From: Octopus bimaculoides
Lineage: Eukaryota
Assembly (NCBI RefSeq): GCF_001194135.2
Contig: NC_068983.1
Location: forward strand, 12,162,217-12,220,683
Direction of reading: 5' to 3'
DNA: 58,467 nucleotides
Of the stretch, positions 11,900-26,974 are shown piece by piece. Positions within the stretch are counted from its first letter, which is position 1; each line of letters opens with the position of its first letter. The notes under the pieces are model-generated. The model searched no databases. It was not told the DNA's origin and saw only the letters and a list, made by a program, of their open reading frames with translations. The translations under genes were made by a program, and so were the position numbers.

Positions 11900-13540
11900 G
11901 TAAATCTTCTTGTTGGCCTCAGTGGGATGCAGTAACCAAGTGAAAAATTTTCCCCAGACCTAATCAATAAAAAAATATCTTTCTTTATTTTAGTGTCGTT
12001 ATATCTATCCATATTCTATCGTTTCATAATGAGCAACTAATGTGTAAGATTATTTCACAAGACCATTTTACATTTCAACGACAGGAGTAAAAGATAACAT
12101 GGTGAGTTTTCGGAGCTTGAGTTTTATAGTTGATACATCACAACATTCAAATAGTAAAGTTGTTTATCACATCAGGAAATGTGAAGATCCTCCTATGTAA
12201 CCGTACGTGCGGCTAGACACAAAAGTGGAATTTTCCTCAGATCAGACTTTTCTTTAAAGAAAAAAGCTAAGAACACTGGAAACAATGTAGTTCTAGATAT
12301 AAAAAATAATAGACAAGTTGGTCATTGCCCGTCGTTTATATTTGTTTATAAGTATTCACGATCAACAACAACAGCGACTGAAATTCCGTTCAAAGGCACC
12401 TTTCACTGTTATCTAAAATAACAGTAGCGAATCTTTAAAGCCGTATCTTTCCAGGTTATCTATTTTAGCAATACAAACTATGCTAGAGATAGTCAAACAT
12501 TTATGTAGCACACTAGAATACGAACAGTGGAATCTTTGCCAAACAGGTGGAAAATTTATCAACTTTTGTTAGTTAAAGCTCTCAGTAATCATTTGGACAG
12601 ATAAGATAAATTACATAATATAATATAATACAATAATTTAATAACATAATACAATATAATCTGAAACTGCACTCAGAGCAATTATTAGTGTTGGATGCAT
12701 CAACTGGCACCAGTATGTTTTCTCACTTTTCACTGGACATGACATGGTTGTCATTTTGGGAAACTAAATTTTAACACTTTTGAAGAATTCTAAAAACATC
12801 TTGAAACACTTCATGATAGACCTCAATAATGTTGCCCTAATGATCTCAGTGTTAAGAGAATAAACCAATTCATTCCATATAACACTAAATTACAGAAGAG
12901 ATGATATTGAATTTACATATTCTATAGATTTGTTCGGCGTTTTTGTTTATTCGCTTCTTTGTTAGGTTGTTCGATGTTATAGAACTACATTCATAAAAGT
13001 AGAATTAGATTGTTTAGGAAATAGAAGTAGCTAACTCTCTGGTGATGGAAGTATGGACGCGAGTTCAAAGAAATCACTATTTCTATCAATCTATATAGCG
13101 TGAAGAACAAGCTATAGAACTGTAATATATAATACGGAAATAGACACTTTGGCAATCTTTCAACAAATAAAGAAATCTTCAAACCAGTGGAGTTAGCAGA
13201 AGATAACTATTGGCCAAAAGCCAATTCTTCACAGAAGTGACTTCTCGTTAATATAACATTGATGGTAAGACATTCGTTGGAAATTTTCTTCTAAAGATAT
13301 TTCTTATTTTATTCTGCTATCAATTATTCTTTATTCATCTTTCTTTATCTCTACACTCTTTCTATTTTTTTTCATTACACCAATAAAAATATTCCAATCT
13401 TCGAAGCAATTTCACATAATATATGTATGTATGTATGCATATGTGTGTGAATATATGCATTTATATANNNNNNNNNNNNNNNNNNNNNNNNNNNNNNNNN
13501 NNNNNNNNNNNNNNNNNNNNNNNNNNNNNNNNNNNNNNNN

Positions 13541-13575
<35 letters not shown>

Positions 13576-14918
13576 ATGGGTAGTTATTTATTGATCGATT
13601 GATCTAGCTGTTTACCTATTTTCAATCAGGCACTTTATAATTAAATGCATAGTTTATATTCGTATGCACATCTTCGAACCAATCCTATGACAGTTTTCTC
13701 TTATTTATACTGATTTATTTACTTGCTATTTTTCAACTTAGGTGCATATATTTTTATCGATTTATTTTGCCATCAGCTATTATTTTCCTACCATTAAGCA
13801 CACATTCTTATTGCTTGAGAGCCATTTGAATTGCTGAAACACCAAGGGAGATAAGTATACATGCTTTTGTAGTTTGTGAGCAAAACTACAAATAAAATCT
13901 GAATTTTAATACCATACTATGTTTTCCCTTTCCTTCAATGTACTTGTCAAAAATATATCTTTCTCTCTCTAGCTGTCAAATTGATGTTTTCTTTTATAGC
14001 AGTATATGTATAGAATGAATAAAATTTCAATTTTCCTCGTTAAATGATCTTCTTTTCCATGATTTGCACTTAAAACAGCACAAACATTTATTTACGAGGT
14101 AGATTGTTTCTTTCTCTATTCCAATCCCATTCTGTATGACTTTCTCATTTCACAGCTACATTGTTGGATGAAGGTCACGGGAAAGAAATTTTAAGACCAT
14201 ACAAGTTTTGAAAGCCGTGTATTCCAACCTCTTTACCCTCACCACCTATATTCTCTTACTTTGCCTTTTTGTGTTGTGTTTACCTTCTGCTCTATTCCAT
14301 TCTCTAAGTTTGTTTACAGTCATAAAATAAACTTCTCTTACTACGGGCTGATGCGATAGCCACTCCGTAATCATTCGATCTACTGGAGACAGCAACCAAA
14401 ACGTCATCAAATCACCGCTACTCCATTTCAAGAAAAATTATGGGGGAGAACATAGTACAAAGATAACTCCCATGCTTAAAAAGGAGATGTTATAAGTGAA
14501 ATGCCTTTATTCTTAGTTTTGCTTGAATGGGAGAGACTTGGATAAAGCAACGATGATAACGATATCATCAACGATGGTGATTTAATCTCATACACCATGG
14601 GCCTCTCAGAATTTATCTGGTCTTTAAAAGTAAGAGAATGTATGGAGTTCAAAATTGAAGGGGAATTTCTTAGTCACCTTTTCTGTATATTACAGTTACC
14701 ATTTAAATCTACTCTGTAATTTTTTAAAGTGAGAAATTATTAATATTATGTCAAGGTGTATGTTTAGAAATGATAGTTTATAGCATAGACAAAAACACAT
14801 TCCATGGACTAGATTTTAAATATATTTGCAAATAACGTTAACTATAGTTTACATTTCATTACATAATTACATTCCATGCATAGAATAAATTGGTAGTCTT
14901 CCAAATTTCTTTTCTTCC

Positions 14919-14984
<66 letters not shown>

Positions 14985-15849
14985 GTATATATATATATAT
15001 ATATATATATANNNNNNNNNNNNNNNNNNNNNNNNNNNNNNNNNNNNNNNNNNNNNNNNNNNNNNNNNNNNNNNNNNNNNNNNNNNNNNNNNNNNNNNNN
15101 NNNNNNNNNNNNNNNNNNNNNNNNNNNNNNNNNNNNNNNNNNNNNNNNNNNNNNNNNNNNNNNNNNNNNNNNNNNNNNNNNNNNNNNNNNNNNNNNNNNN
15201 NNNNNNNNNNNNNNNNNNNNNNNNNNNNNNNNNNNNNNNNNNNNNNNNNNNNNNNNNNNNNNNNNNNNNNNNNNNNNNNNNNNNNNNNNNNNNNNNNNNN
15301 NNNNNNNNNNNNNNNNNNNNNNNNNNNNNNNNNNNNNNNNNNNNNNNNNNNNNNNNNNNNNNNNNNNNNNNNNNNNNNNNNNNNNNNNNNNNNNNNNNNN
15401 NNNNNNNNNNNNNNNNNNNNNNNNNNNNNNNNNNNNNNNNNNNNNNNNNNNNNNNNNNNNNNNNNNNNNNNNNNNNNNNNNNNNNNNNNNNNNNNNNNNN
15501 NNNNNNNNNNNNNNNNNNNNNNNNNNNNNNNNNNNNNNNNNNNNNNNNNNNNNNNNNNNNNNNNNNNNNNNNNNNNNNNNNNNNNNNNNNNNNNNNNNNN
15601 NNNNNNNNNNNNNNNNNNNNNNNNNNNNNNNNNNNNNNNNNNNNNNNNNNNNNNNNNNNNNNNNNNNNNNNNNNNNNNNNNNNNNNNNNNNNNNNNNNNN
15701 NNNNNNNNNNNNNNNNNNNNNNNNNNNNNNNNNNNNNNNNNNNNNNNNNNNNNNNNNNNNNNNNNNNNNNNNNNNNNNNNNNNNNNNNNNNNNNNNNNNN
15801 NNNNNNNNNNNNNNATATGCACCCAAGCATTCGCATGCACACAGACACA

Positions 15850-15885
<36 letters not shown>

Positions 15886-16565
15886 ACACACACCCATATA
15901 TAATATTTGATCTCAAAGGATTAGATTTTATCTTCTCAATGTACCCGATTTGATCTTCTCAAATGATCAACTTTGAGAATCTCAAATCCCACTTCAGTTT
16001 ACTTTACATTTTATCCCAACGGGTTCGACTTAATACGCACAAGTCATGAACTGGGATCGATATTGAATCGAATATACTTTTCCTTTTCCTGCACTGTTAT
16101 AGCATTTTACCAATGTAAGATGTCGTCATCGTCACCCCTGGATGGGCTTGTTTTGAAGCACCTACCAATTTTTTAATAAAATTTGTTTCACCAAAATATA
16201 ACTTAGATGTATGTTTGTCTTACTATTCTTCCCTATTAACAGTAGTAGTATCGAGCAGTTATTTATGACTGCTTTCGCTTTTTACATTTTAATTTCTACA
16301 ACTGTATTGAAACGCGGAGTAGATGGAGCAGGGACAACTGAAGAAGGGTAATATTCTTTATGTTGCATGTCTCGTTTCTCTGTTTGTTTTTTTCGTTGTT
16401 CGAAAAAATAGTTCGTTTTCTGTCTTCGTCTTTATGTTTTCGTTTCTCATTATGTTTAACGTTTTTGTGATGTCCTGTACCAATATATGCATGTATGTAT
16501 ACATATAGATGTCGGTATGTACATATATGTATGGATATATGCATATAATTATATATTATTTATGT

Positions 16566-16609
<44 letters not shown>

Positions 16610-17234
16610 TTGTGCGTGAATAAATGCTAAAAGACTGTATTTTAAAATCTTTTATTCACTGATTTAGCTTATATTTAAAATAAATTGTATTAAATATTTT
16701 AATGCTGGTCAAAAATGGCCGCTACGGTCTTTGTAGGAAGTAAGAAATGTTGGTACTTCTAGTATTAAAGAAGAAAGGGCGATGGTTTGGTAGAGTCGTT
16801 TGGGTAACAAACAAATTACCTTTTGATAATCAGTTAGAGTGTCTCACATTCTGTTTTTTAGATCACATATTTTTAGGAAACGTACAGTGGGTTAGACTGA
16901 CACCAATACTTGACTGCTACTTATTCTGTGACTGAGAAGGGAAACGTAACATCGACCTCGTGAGTATTTAAACTCTGAACAGATGGCGATATAAATATAA
17001 AAAGCTGCTGGTGCAACACGCCCAACAAAATAACTAAATCAATGACGGAAGCTTTTACGTGGTCACTTCATCAATTAAAAATGGTAATCAACCCTTCTTC
17101 AGGTAACATCGTACTGTCTAAAAGAAAGTCAAACACGTTATGGAATGTAATTCTAGATAATTGTTTTCTGAAAGTAGCACTGGATGGTCACTGTCGAAAC
17201 GTTTTTGATGATCGGAGAAATGAGTCTATATGAT

Positions 17235-17473
17235 TCCTAAATCATATAGACTCATGAAGGCCGGTTTCCCGGTTTCCATGGCGTATATATTCCCCACCCG
17301 GACGGGACGCCGGTCCGTCACAGGATTGCTCATTTTGCAAGCTGAGTCGACTGGATCAATGTGAAATGGAATGTTTTTCTCAAGAACACAACGCGTCACC
17401 CGGTCCAGGAATCGAAACCACAATCTGACGATCAAGAGTCCAACACCCCTAACCATTAATCCACGCGCCTCCA
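17235..17473 (-). mobile_element. SINE with family D head and V-domain-like tail
   Basis: Minus strand TGGAGGCGCGTGGATTAATGGTTAGG..GTTTCGATTCC..GTGACGGACCGGCGTCCCGTCC..GAAACCGGGAAACCGGCC. Confidence 0.8.
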
Positions 17474-18545
17474 CAGCGATTGCATACTGTAAATCCGAAG
17501 TTAAGTAACAACAAACTTACAAGAATAATAATACAAAAATAAAAGCAACGAAAGTACAGACATGCGTAACAGCAAACTGGAAAATCACATATTGTGTTGA
17601 AAATTTTGACTGTCATTTGGATGTGCCGTGTATATACGCATATATGTGGACCTGAATATGATACCCTAATAATTGAAAGCGATAAAGCACACGTCAAAGG
17701 GAGCAAGAATACTTCATCAAAAATAATTATGCGAAGAAATGCGAAAAAAAAAGAAAAAAGCAGTCGTATATTATGGTTATAACTAAATACATTAGGCTGT
17801 ACATAAACTCAGCACTTACGTCAGACAAAAATCCTGTGATAAGAGGAGTAATTTGCTTGATTACCTAATCTTATTGGAGAAGCAAACGACACTGCGGTGT
17901 ATTGGAAATTTAGAATCTATTACCGTTTCTACGAAGATTTAACATTTATGAATTTCAATAGGGTTGAACCTTTGATTTGACATTGCCATAATAGAAGCTT
18001 TCTTCTTCTTTCTCGTCGCTCTTTATCGTCAGCTTTGAAATCATAGTGGCAACAGAAGAATAAATTACTATACCCTATGTCTGGTCTGATAGTTTATTCG
18101 CAGACAAAAGTTTGGGAGTTGGGTATTTCATACTAGAGGCGGACGAATATTTGCGCACGTATTTCTTCAGGCGGTGACAAACACTACTCTGGAAGCCATT
18201 ACAAGGATAACAATAAAAGTAATGCAAACAACCACCACAAAAACATTCGCAAAAAGGACATTAACATAAGTAAGAACAATGTCCCCTTTCGCCAGCCCCC
18301 TAATCCGAGCTAATATTTTCGTCACCTAGCAAGCTTTTATGATGGTGTATGTAGAATGTCAATTGAGCTCAAAAACTGTACTGTAATTGTATAAAGGTGT
18401 GTCCCGCTTGTTTGAATTCTGAATCATCATCTCCAGCTTAGTGTCTGTCAGAGACTCCAGTTTATATCCAAAACTAAGAGTGGATAACCCGATTCTGTTC
18501 TTAATGGATGTTTGCAAGATATGTAAATTATGGAAAGTGGAACAC

Positions 18546-18601
<56 letters not shown>

Positions 18602-18890
18602 TAAATTTAGCGTATCTAAGAGATACCACCGTACTTGTATTAGCAGTCAAACTGTGACTCTAAGGCCACATTAAATGTTCATACAGCACCAGGATAAAAG
18701 ACAAATGGACAAAATAAATTACCAAACAAAAAAAATTACTGGATAATTCCAGATCCCGGATTTCTGGCTCTGCATAAGAAATGCTCTCCCTTTATCAGTG
18801 GAATACACTCAGATGCTGGCCACCCGATAAGATCGGAATTTTTAAATAATGATCTTATCGTTATTTATATAAATATATATATATATATAT

Positions 18891-19123
18891 TCTTTTATTT
18901 TTTTACTTGTTTCAGTCATTTGTCTGCGGGTATGCTGGAGCACCATGTTTAGTCGAACGAATCGACCTCAGGACTTATTCTTTGTAAGCCTAGTACTTAT
19001 TCTATCGATCTCTTTTGTAGTACTACTAAGTTATGGGGACGTAAACATACCAACATCGGTTGTCAAGCGATGGTGTGTGACAAACGCAGACACGCATACA
19101 TTTATATACATATATATATATAT
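18891..19123 (-). mobile_element. SINE family A 3' half
   Basis: Matches the 3' half of the full copy at 47810-48315; ends at the internal (TA)n. Confidence 0.85.
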
Positions 19124-19265
19124 TCTGAATGAATCCTATTTGCGTCAATATGCACCTGCTTGCGACAATATAGCCTTTAACCTAATCAAGATATCCTTGA
19201 CCTGAAGAGTAGCCGGCGGTATACACCTCACTTGGATTTTGCCACTTCTGAGGTTCCACTCGCTC

Positions 19266-19520
19266 ATCGTATATATGTATATATATATATCTGTGTGTGT
19301 GTTTGTGTGTCTGTGTTTGTCCCCCATAGCATTGCTTGAAAACCGATGGTGGTGTGTTTACGTCCCCGTAACTTAGCGGTTCGTCAAAAGGGACCGATGG
19401 AATAAGTACTAGGCGTCCACAGAATAAGTCCTGGGGTCGATTTGTTCGATTAAAGGCGGTGCTCCAGCATGACCGCAGTCAAATGACTAAAACAACTAAA
19501 AGAGTAAGAGTAAAAGAGTA
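19266..19520 (+). mobile_element. SINE family A 3' half
   Basis: Starts at the internal (TA)/(TG) tract; TTGTCCCCC..CGTAACTTAGCGGTTCG..GGTGCTCCAGCATG..GTCAAATGACT. Confidence 0.9.
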
Positions 19521-20417
19521 TATATATATATATAAATGGCACCTGATTTAACCTCCACTTTGTAGTAGATGTCCTTTGTCTAAGAAGTAGAAGAAGAGCC
19601 TGCTTAATTTATCGCCTGATTCTTTCCATAACATATATGATCAATCGCAAACTTTTCTCTCACACAACAAAGTTATATTATTTATTTTATTTGCTACCAG
19701 ATGAAGAAAACTAGACGTAAGCTTATATTGCACCCAACGCTAGACAGATACCTAATATTATTTACTTTCACTGCTCTCTATTCTGAATGCAGTTACCCAA
19801 GTTGCTTCCATTCCTGATACATCGTTATCTCTTTACACCTTTCCATTATTCACTCGTGGTTTTATTTGTATTACCGATTATTTCGGCATGACAGGCTTCA
19901 TTTACTGATACAGGAATAAGAAGTGAACCATGCCCCGTTAGATTTATTTATTGTACAGCAAACAGTATGATAAGGATGGACATAATTCCCACCTGCTCTT
20001 TGGAACAACTTATTGCAAACCTAATCAGGCTAGAAGACAATTAAATGAATGTCCAAGGTGTATTCTTCAAACTTATTAAATGTTTATATTGGTTATATGA
20101 GCTTTAACACGTTTCCTGCCTTTTATTTTCTTTATACCTTCTCGTTTATCTTCTTCCTAATGTCAATGTGGTTCTCAGTAACGAAACATTTACTCATGGA
20201 CATAAGCTCATAATACATACGTACATATGAATACGCACACATATAAACACATACGGTGATGTTCACGATCACACCTGCATACATTGTTGCACGTAAACAC
20301 ATTACAATCCTTACTGTGGATAGAAAATTATTGTTTAGCAGTGTTGTTTCTGATGTTATTATCCTCACAATTCGTAAATCTAAATATACAGTAAATCACC
20401 TAACCTTTTGTAAATAG

Positions 20418-20463
20418 ATTGTCTCTTTCATCAAACTAAAACTCGCAAAACCTCGCTCATCTG
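20418..20463 (+). CDS. Weak candidate micro-exon (46 nt)
   Basis: Branch-like CTAAC, TTTTGTAAATAG acceptor, donor CTG|GTATGT. Phases 0 and 1 are open. Confidence 0.25.
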
Positions 20464-23400
20464 GTATGTATCAATCGGGCATTGCGTGTTTACCATTTTT
20501 ACTTGCTTATAAAATTCATTACTTTAATTTGTATACACAGCTATTATGTAGCGTCAGTTGAATAAAATCTGACACGTCTGTTGTAATAAATTATCTAGCT
20601 ATTCTTGTGAAATAACTTACACCAATAGTGCTACTTATCAGCCACCACAAAAGTAAAAGGCCACTGGAATCCATCCATTACCCTCTAGCTCACCCACCCT
20701 TTCAAGAGTTTATTATGATTAATCTGTACAGCACACGATAATTTTACTTTGGATAGTTTCTTTACAGCATTATCAGCCAACTGGCGTTTTTAATGCATCA
20801 TAATATTGTTTATGCTGCTCTTATAACCATTACTATCATTGCTACGCAGGAATTTTCGGCTTCTGTGAATAACTCCTTCCCTGACATCAGCTTTCCCCTT
20901 TTCCTCTTTTTATTTTGTTTTCTTTATTCTCTCCCTCTATTTCGTCAACTTAGTTTCTTCTTCATTAATTTTATTTGCTTTCATTTTTGCCTTCTTATTT
21001 CTTTATTTTACTTCATTGCTTGCTAGTTATTTTTTATTTATTTATTACGTTTCTAAGGTGTACTCATGAGAAAGTAGAAAGCGTCTGCTTGGGTGGAAAT
21101 GCAAATAAAAGGAACGGCTTAAGATAGAGGTGGTAATTAGTTTGAAATTCTAGAGACTAGAGCCCATTGAAGAATCGATAGAAGATATATACAAATATGT
21201 GTGGAATTTTAACGCAAAAGGTGGTTACACTTAATAACTCAACAAGAAGTCGACAATCACTATACATAGTATATACATATATACATACATATATACATAG
21301 ATATAAACGCATACATCGTAAACACATGCGCACAATCGCATATACATACATAGTACACATACGTAGTACGCATACGTACGCATATAAAACGTAATAGAGC
21401 ACAGATACACACATTTCTGTACTAATGTAACACATACACCGATTGTACAAGTGAGAATGTATCTGTATACACACAGAGATATGTACGCATCCAGCAATTC
21501 AAATAACCACAAACCCCAAGAGCTCTTTTGATTTAAACAAAGAGCCTTGCCACTTAGTGACCGGCTTGAATTCTGCAAAGGAAGAAACTTAAATATATCC
21601 CAGAGAAAGAAATCAATACGTGCATGCAAGCAACCGAGCACATACATGAATGCATGCACTCATGCATACATACATGTAAGCATACATGCATACATACATA
21701 CATACATACATACATACATACATACATACATGTACACGCAAATACATTGAGAGAGTGGTGGAGAGGGGAGGCAGATGAATAGCAATAGGTTAATGAACAT
21801 TATGGAATGGAAGGCTTGACTATTGGAAAGATGAATTTATTTGGATGGCATTAAGGTTGTGTAACTCTTGTTTTCCTTTGCTATTAATACAATTACATAA
21901 TGATGGTTTAGATGCCATGAAAGCTAGGCTAGCAGATTAGATGCATTCAGATAGATAATATAGTGTATCGATTTCTTCTTAAAATCCTATGCTTAACTCT
22001 TCCTTTTATATCATGGAGAACTATTCCTTTCATTGCTCGAAAGTCGATAACTCATGTTCTAATAAGATAGTAGGGGTCTATTCAGAATAAACCACTGTTA
22101 TTAATATTCTCTTCATTATCATTATACTTACAATAATAATTCTTTCAATTTTAGTCTTTGTCAGTGGCTTTATATTCAAGTGAATTCCCGTCAGAAAGAC
22201 ACCTTATTTTATCCGGTCATTCTGACCCTCACAATCGGTGTTTTATTATCAATTTGATCACTTTACTTTATATATAGTTACTAACTATAGTTGCTAACAT
22301 GGTAATAGCATAATACGGCTTAAACCATCGTGAAACAAGTCTTCTAAATTGACTTCACTCAAAGGATCAAAAACTGTCTACTGACTTTGTTAGCAAAATC
22401 ATTTAATTCGTTGGAAAAGCCATTCGTCGACTTAGGAATAATAAAGTTCACGATAGCTGTACTCGCACTCAGCAAATATATCTGATGATTGAAGTGCAAG
22501 TGAGAGGATTTCATACCGTCAGGAAAACAAACATTCGTTGGCGTTGCACTTGGTTAAACACAGACCAGTTTCCCCCGTTTACATGGTATAAATACATGGT
22601 CATTTTCTGCAAGAAATAATGCTTTTTAAAGATTAAAGTGTGCTAATATAGAATATATTTCATACTTGTTAAACTGATTGTTAACATATAACAAAATCGG
22701 TAAAACATTTTGTTCACGTATTTTATTTCTCGCAAATTTGTGATGTGATAAAAACAAAGATACCTAAACTGTGATATACATAAATAATTGTTTGGATTTT
22801 TTTTGCATATCAGTTGTAATCATTAATAGGTGTCTAGCCTACTGACTTTAGGAGAGTGGACGTTGAAGCTAATTTGAATAGTCAAGCGTTGCCAATTAAC
22901 GAGACAGTCGTCAATTATACAGTATTGCCAATATTTACTGCGTTAAGCTTCTCCAACCGTGGTTCTTATTTGTAGCTGAAAATAATGACGAAGTATATTG
23001 ATCGCGTAGCGCAGCTACTGTAACGGAAACCTCTAACCTTCAATAAGTAGGCCAATGCTCAATCGATTCGGCCAGATGCGACTCTAGAAAATGATATATT
23101 GACGTAAAAGATTCATGTCATTTAGACTCATTATAATTCAATACAATAGAGCTTAATTTCTATACTTCAGGCAAGAGAAGGATACAAAAATAACTAATTC
23201 TAAGTTAGACACGAAGCATTCTTTGTAAAAGAAACAGATAAACAAGAACCAAATACGATAAAAGCAAATTCTTTGCAGGATATATAGTAACGGAAATGAG
23301 ATCATCCCAATAGTTGAAAGTTAACAAATCAATAACAATAGTATGTACTGTTCTTAGACAAATATAGATAACAAAGAAAAAGATGTAATAAAAACAAAGG

Positions 23401-25712
23401 TAAGAAAACAACACTGAAGTAAACATACACACATATATTACACACTCACACACATACACGTATACACAACGTGCACACACATACAAGAGACATGATCCAA
23501 AGAAAGAAACGCCTGGCTGGTCAGTAATGCTGCTAGAAATAGTTCTCAAACCTAATAGCCTACTGTACGAAATAAAGAGCGCATTAAAGAGAGAAACATT
23601 CTGTATAACATGAGAATTGGAACGCCTTTGAATATGTGTGCCATTGATTTATTTGACCGTTGTTAAATTACCACTATTACCATCATCATCATCATCATCG
23701 ACGGATAAGAGTCACCGTTACAAGGTGAGGAGACTAGTAAAAAAACATACTCTTGAATGTTGAAGTCGTCCCTGGAAGAATTAATGTACATGCATAATAG
23801 AAGCCGTTTTATTTTCAAGTTAATTGTTTTGACTGAGAACAATGGACGCTCTGGTCAATAGTGTCTCCAACCACCAGATATTTATTCTGTCAAATTATGC
23901 TTATGATGAAAATGATTTAAGAAGTGAATTCTCAAGAGTTACGTTTACGTGGTTGTAAAATGTTGATGTTTAGTTACTGATTAATTGAAATCGAGCAAAA
24001 ACGTTCAAGAGAAGATATACCAGCCATGACAATCCAGGGTTTTGTAGTATTTAGGATTAAGTAATCTAATGTAATAGTTTTTTTTAAAGATGGTGACGTA
24101 TCATGTAAGAGAGGTTTAGCTGTTGTTTCTTACTGGGTGAATTGCTACGTGGCGGCTCCCACGTTAGCTGGTGAATGCAAGTATATATCAAAGAGAAGGA
24201 AGGTTTAACACTGTTAAACGCGCCAGTAAGGTAAAATTGAATGTCTCTGTTGGCTTGAATATGGAGTTTAGGATTTTCAATTGACCAAAGTAGAGACGGT
24301 TAACTGCTCGTTCGTCCTGCCAGAACTAGCAGGCAGCTAAATGTCCATCAAATCACAGCGTTACGTCTATAGAACGAGGGGTTCTTTCGATAAAGTAGTC
24401 ATAGATATGCTGAAAGAGGAAAATAAAACACGGTGGTCATAACTGGTAAACTTCTGGCATTGGATCAACAAGCTATTAACTATTTCTATAATGGCAATAA
24501 CCTTGGAAACGTTATAGGAATAAATGAACACTGAACAAAGAGCAATAGATCTTTCAGAAAGGGACCGATTCTGAGAAACAAAGCAAAGTTTAATTTCATA
24601 GATGTAGGATTCCTCATATTGGCTTCTAAGTTTCACGTTTTGTTATTTAAAAACATTATATTATTTTTGTAGTATGTATATTAGTTGTATGTATATTACT
24701 TGTAACAAATTTTGGAAATTGGGGTCAAATGCATTAATTAAATGTCCCGTGGTAGATGAAAATTTCGATTTATTTTTGTATTTGAATTTTTATAATAAAT
24801 CATGACAATGACAAAATTTCTGCACATTGGCTCTTATATATATATGCACGTAAATCACTATCAGTTAATAGTTTCGAAAGAGTAAAACAAGAGAACTTCT
24901 TTTTTTAAACCATTATCTATTTTTTTTTTATTTTGTTTTTGTTTTTGTTGGAACCGTGAACATTTCTTTCAAAGAGTTTGTTTTAATATTCATACTCTGA
25001 AATGGATTTCAAAAATTATATCTTCTAAAGTGCTCTTGACTTAAGAAATAAAACAAAATAAAAAAAAAATAATTATAGAAAGATACAACACACACACAAA
25101 CACACACACACAAAACAACTAAAGAGACAAACAGCCGTCAACTAATAAACTATATGCAAATATATTCATGGTTTCCATTAACATCTAGAATAGTCAGAGA
25201 TAACTTTTTCCGGGGGAATATTTACAAAACGTGTAATTTTAGTGCGATAAAATTTAATGTGGTTTCCGCAAACATATACAATAACCACATAATACCTACG
25301 CATTTTGAACGCACTTATGTATGTACGCATATATCTAGGCAATATGTATGTATGTATATTCATATATACATATATATATATATATATATGTGTGTATGTG
25401 TGTATGTGTGTGTGTGTGTGTGTGTGTGTTTATGCTGACACAAACATTGATTAAAGTGGGAGATAAAATTCCTCCGGTGAAGAGATTTAATGGTAAAGGC
25501 TTATTACGTTCATGCACATTCATACAAACTCACATTCATATTCAATAGAGGAATGTAAACATTCAAAAATGAAATACACTTTTACACACATAAGCCTACG
25601 TCGTTTGACCATTACCGAAGTTAACATTGCTATACTTTGAAGACGGATACGTTACGCACACATATATATGTATATATATATGTGTATATGTATATATGTA
25701 TGTATATATATG

Positions 25713-25750
<38 letters not shown>

Positions 25751-26309
25751 TNNNNNNNNNNNNNNNNNNNNNNNNNNNNNNNNNNNNNNNNNNNNNNNNN
25801 NNNNNNNNNNNNNNNNNNNNNNNNNNNNNNNNNNNNNNNNNNNNNNNNNNNNNNNNNNNNNNNNNNNNNNNNNNNNNNNNNNNNNNNNNNNNNNNNNNNN
25901 NNNNNNNNNNNNNNNNNNNNNNNNNNNNNNNNNNNNNNNNNNNNNNNNNNNNNNNNNNNNNNNNNNNNNNNNNNNNNNNNNNNNNNNNNNNNNNNNNNNN
26001 NNNNNNNNNNNNNNNNNNNNNNNNNNNNNNNNNNNNNNNNNNNNNNNNNNNNNNNNNNNNNNNNNNNNNNNNNNNNNNNNNNNNNNNNNNNNNNNNNNNN
26101 NNNNNNNNNNNNNNNNNNNNNNNNNNNNNNNNNNNNNNNNNNNNNNNNNNNNNNNNNNNNNNNNNNNNNNNNNNNNNNNNNNNNNNNNNNNNNNNNNNNN
26201 NNNNNNNNNNNNNNNNNNNNNNNNNNNNNNNNNNNNNNNNNNNNNNNNNNNNNNNNNNNNNNNNNNNNNNNNNNNNNNNNNNNNNNNNNNNNNNNNNNNN
26301 NNNNNNNNN

Positions 26310-26352
<43 letters not shown>

Positions 26353-26750
26353 CACCACCACCACCACCACCACCGAAAGTATCTGCTTCTCATCAGTACA
26401 GACCGTTGGTTATATACAATTTTACAGGATCGCACACTAGTTGTACGCTACAAGAGTAGAGCACGTGTATACGGTTCTGCCAAATTATACCTATGGTAAG
26501 ATTCACAAGTCCTCCTTTTTGCGCGCTAAATCCCGAAGTATCTCCGCAGAAAAATATTTCTGCATCGTATATACCGATGAGAATTTGGTTATTGTTAATT
26601 AAATTAAACAATAGGATAAAAAATTGGATATTAATTAATATCAATTTAATACCAGGGAACAAGCACATTAAAAGAATCAGGGAGAATATCTGAGTTCTCA
26701 AATGATTATTGTATATGTATCTATAAAAATATATATAAGGGAGGCTACTA

Positions 26751-26855
26751 GGTGGACTGGCGTCCTTCCAGCTGGGTGTGGGGGGGGGACACATACGCCA
26801 CAGAAACCTGGAAACCGGGCTCATGAGCCTGGCTAGGCTTTAAAAGGGCTCATAA
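26751..26855 (+). mobile_element. V-domain-like SINE tail fragment (as in 9854-10148)
   Basis: TGGACTGGCGTCCTTCCAGCTGGG..CATACGCCACAGAAACC..CATGAGCCTGGCTAGGCTTT. Confidence 0.8.
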
Positions 26856-26974
26856 AAATTAAAAAAATAATAAACATTACCGTCTTTATTAAAAGGACTC
26901 ATCGTATACGGTGGTCCTTTACATATAAAAGCCAAAGGTAGAAATAGGTTTGCTTGGGGCCAACACTGCTACCC

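Noticed and set aside
13188-13264. Exon-like segment ending in ATG|GTAAGA
   Set aside because: Stops in all three frames and a poor acceptor.
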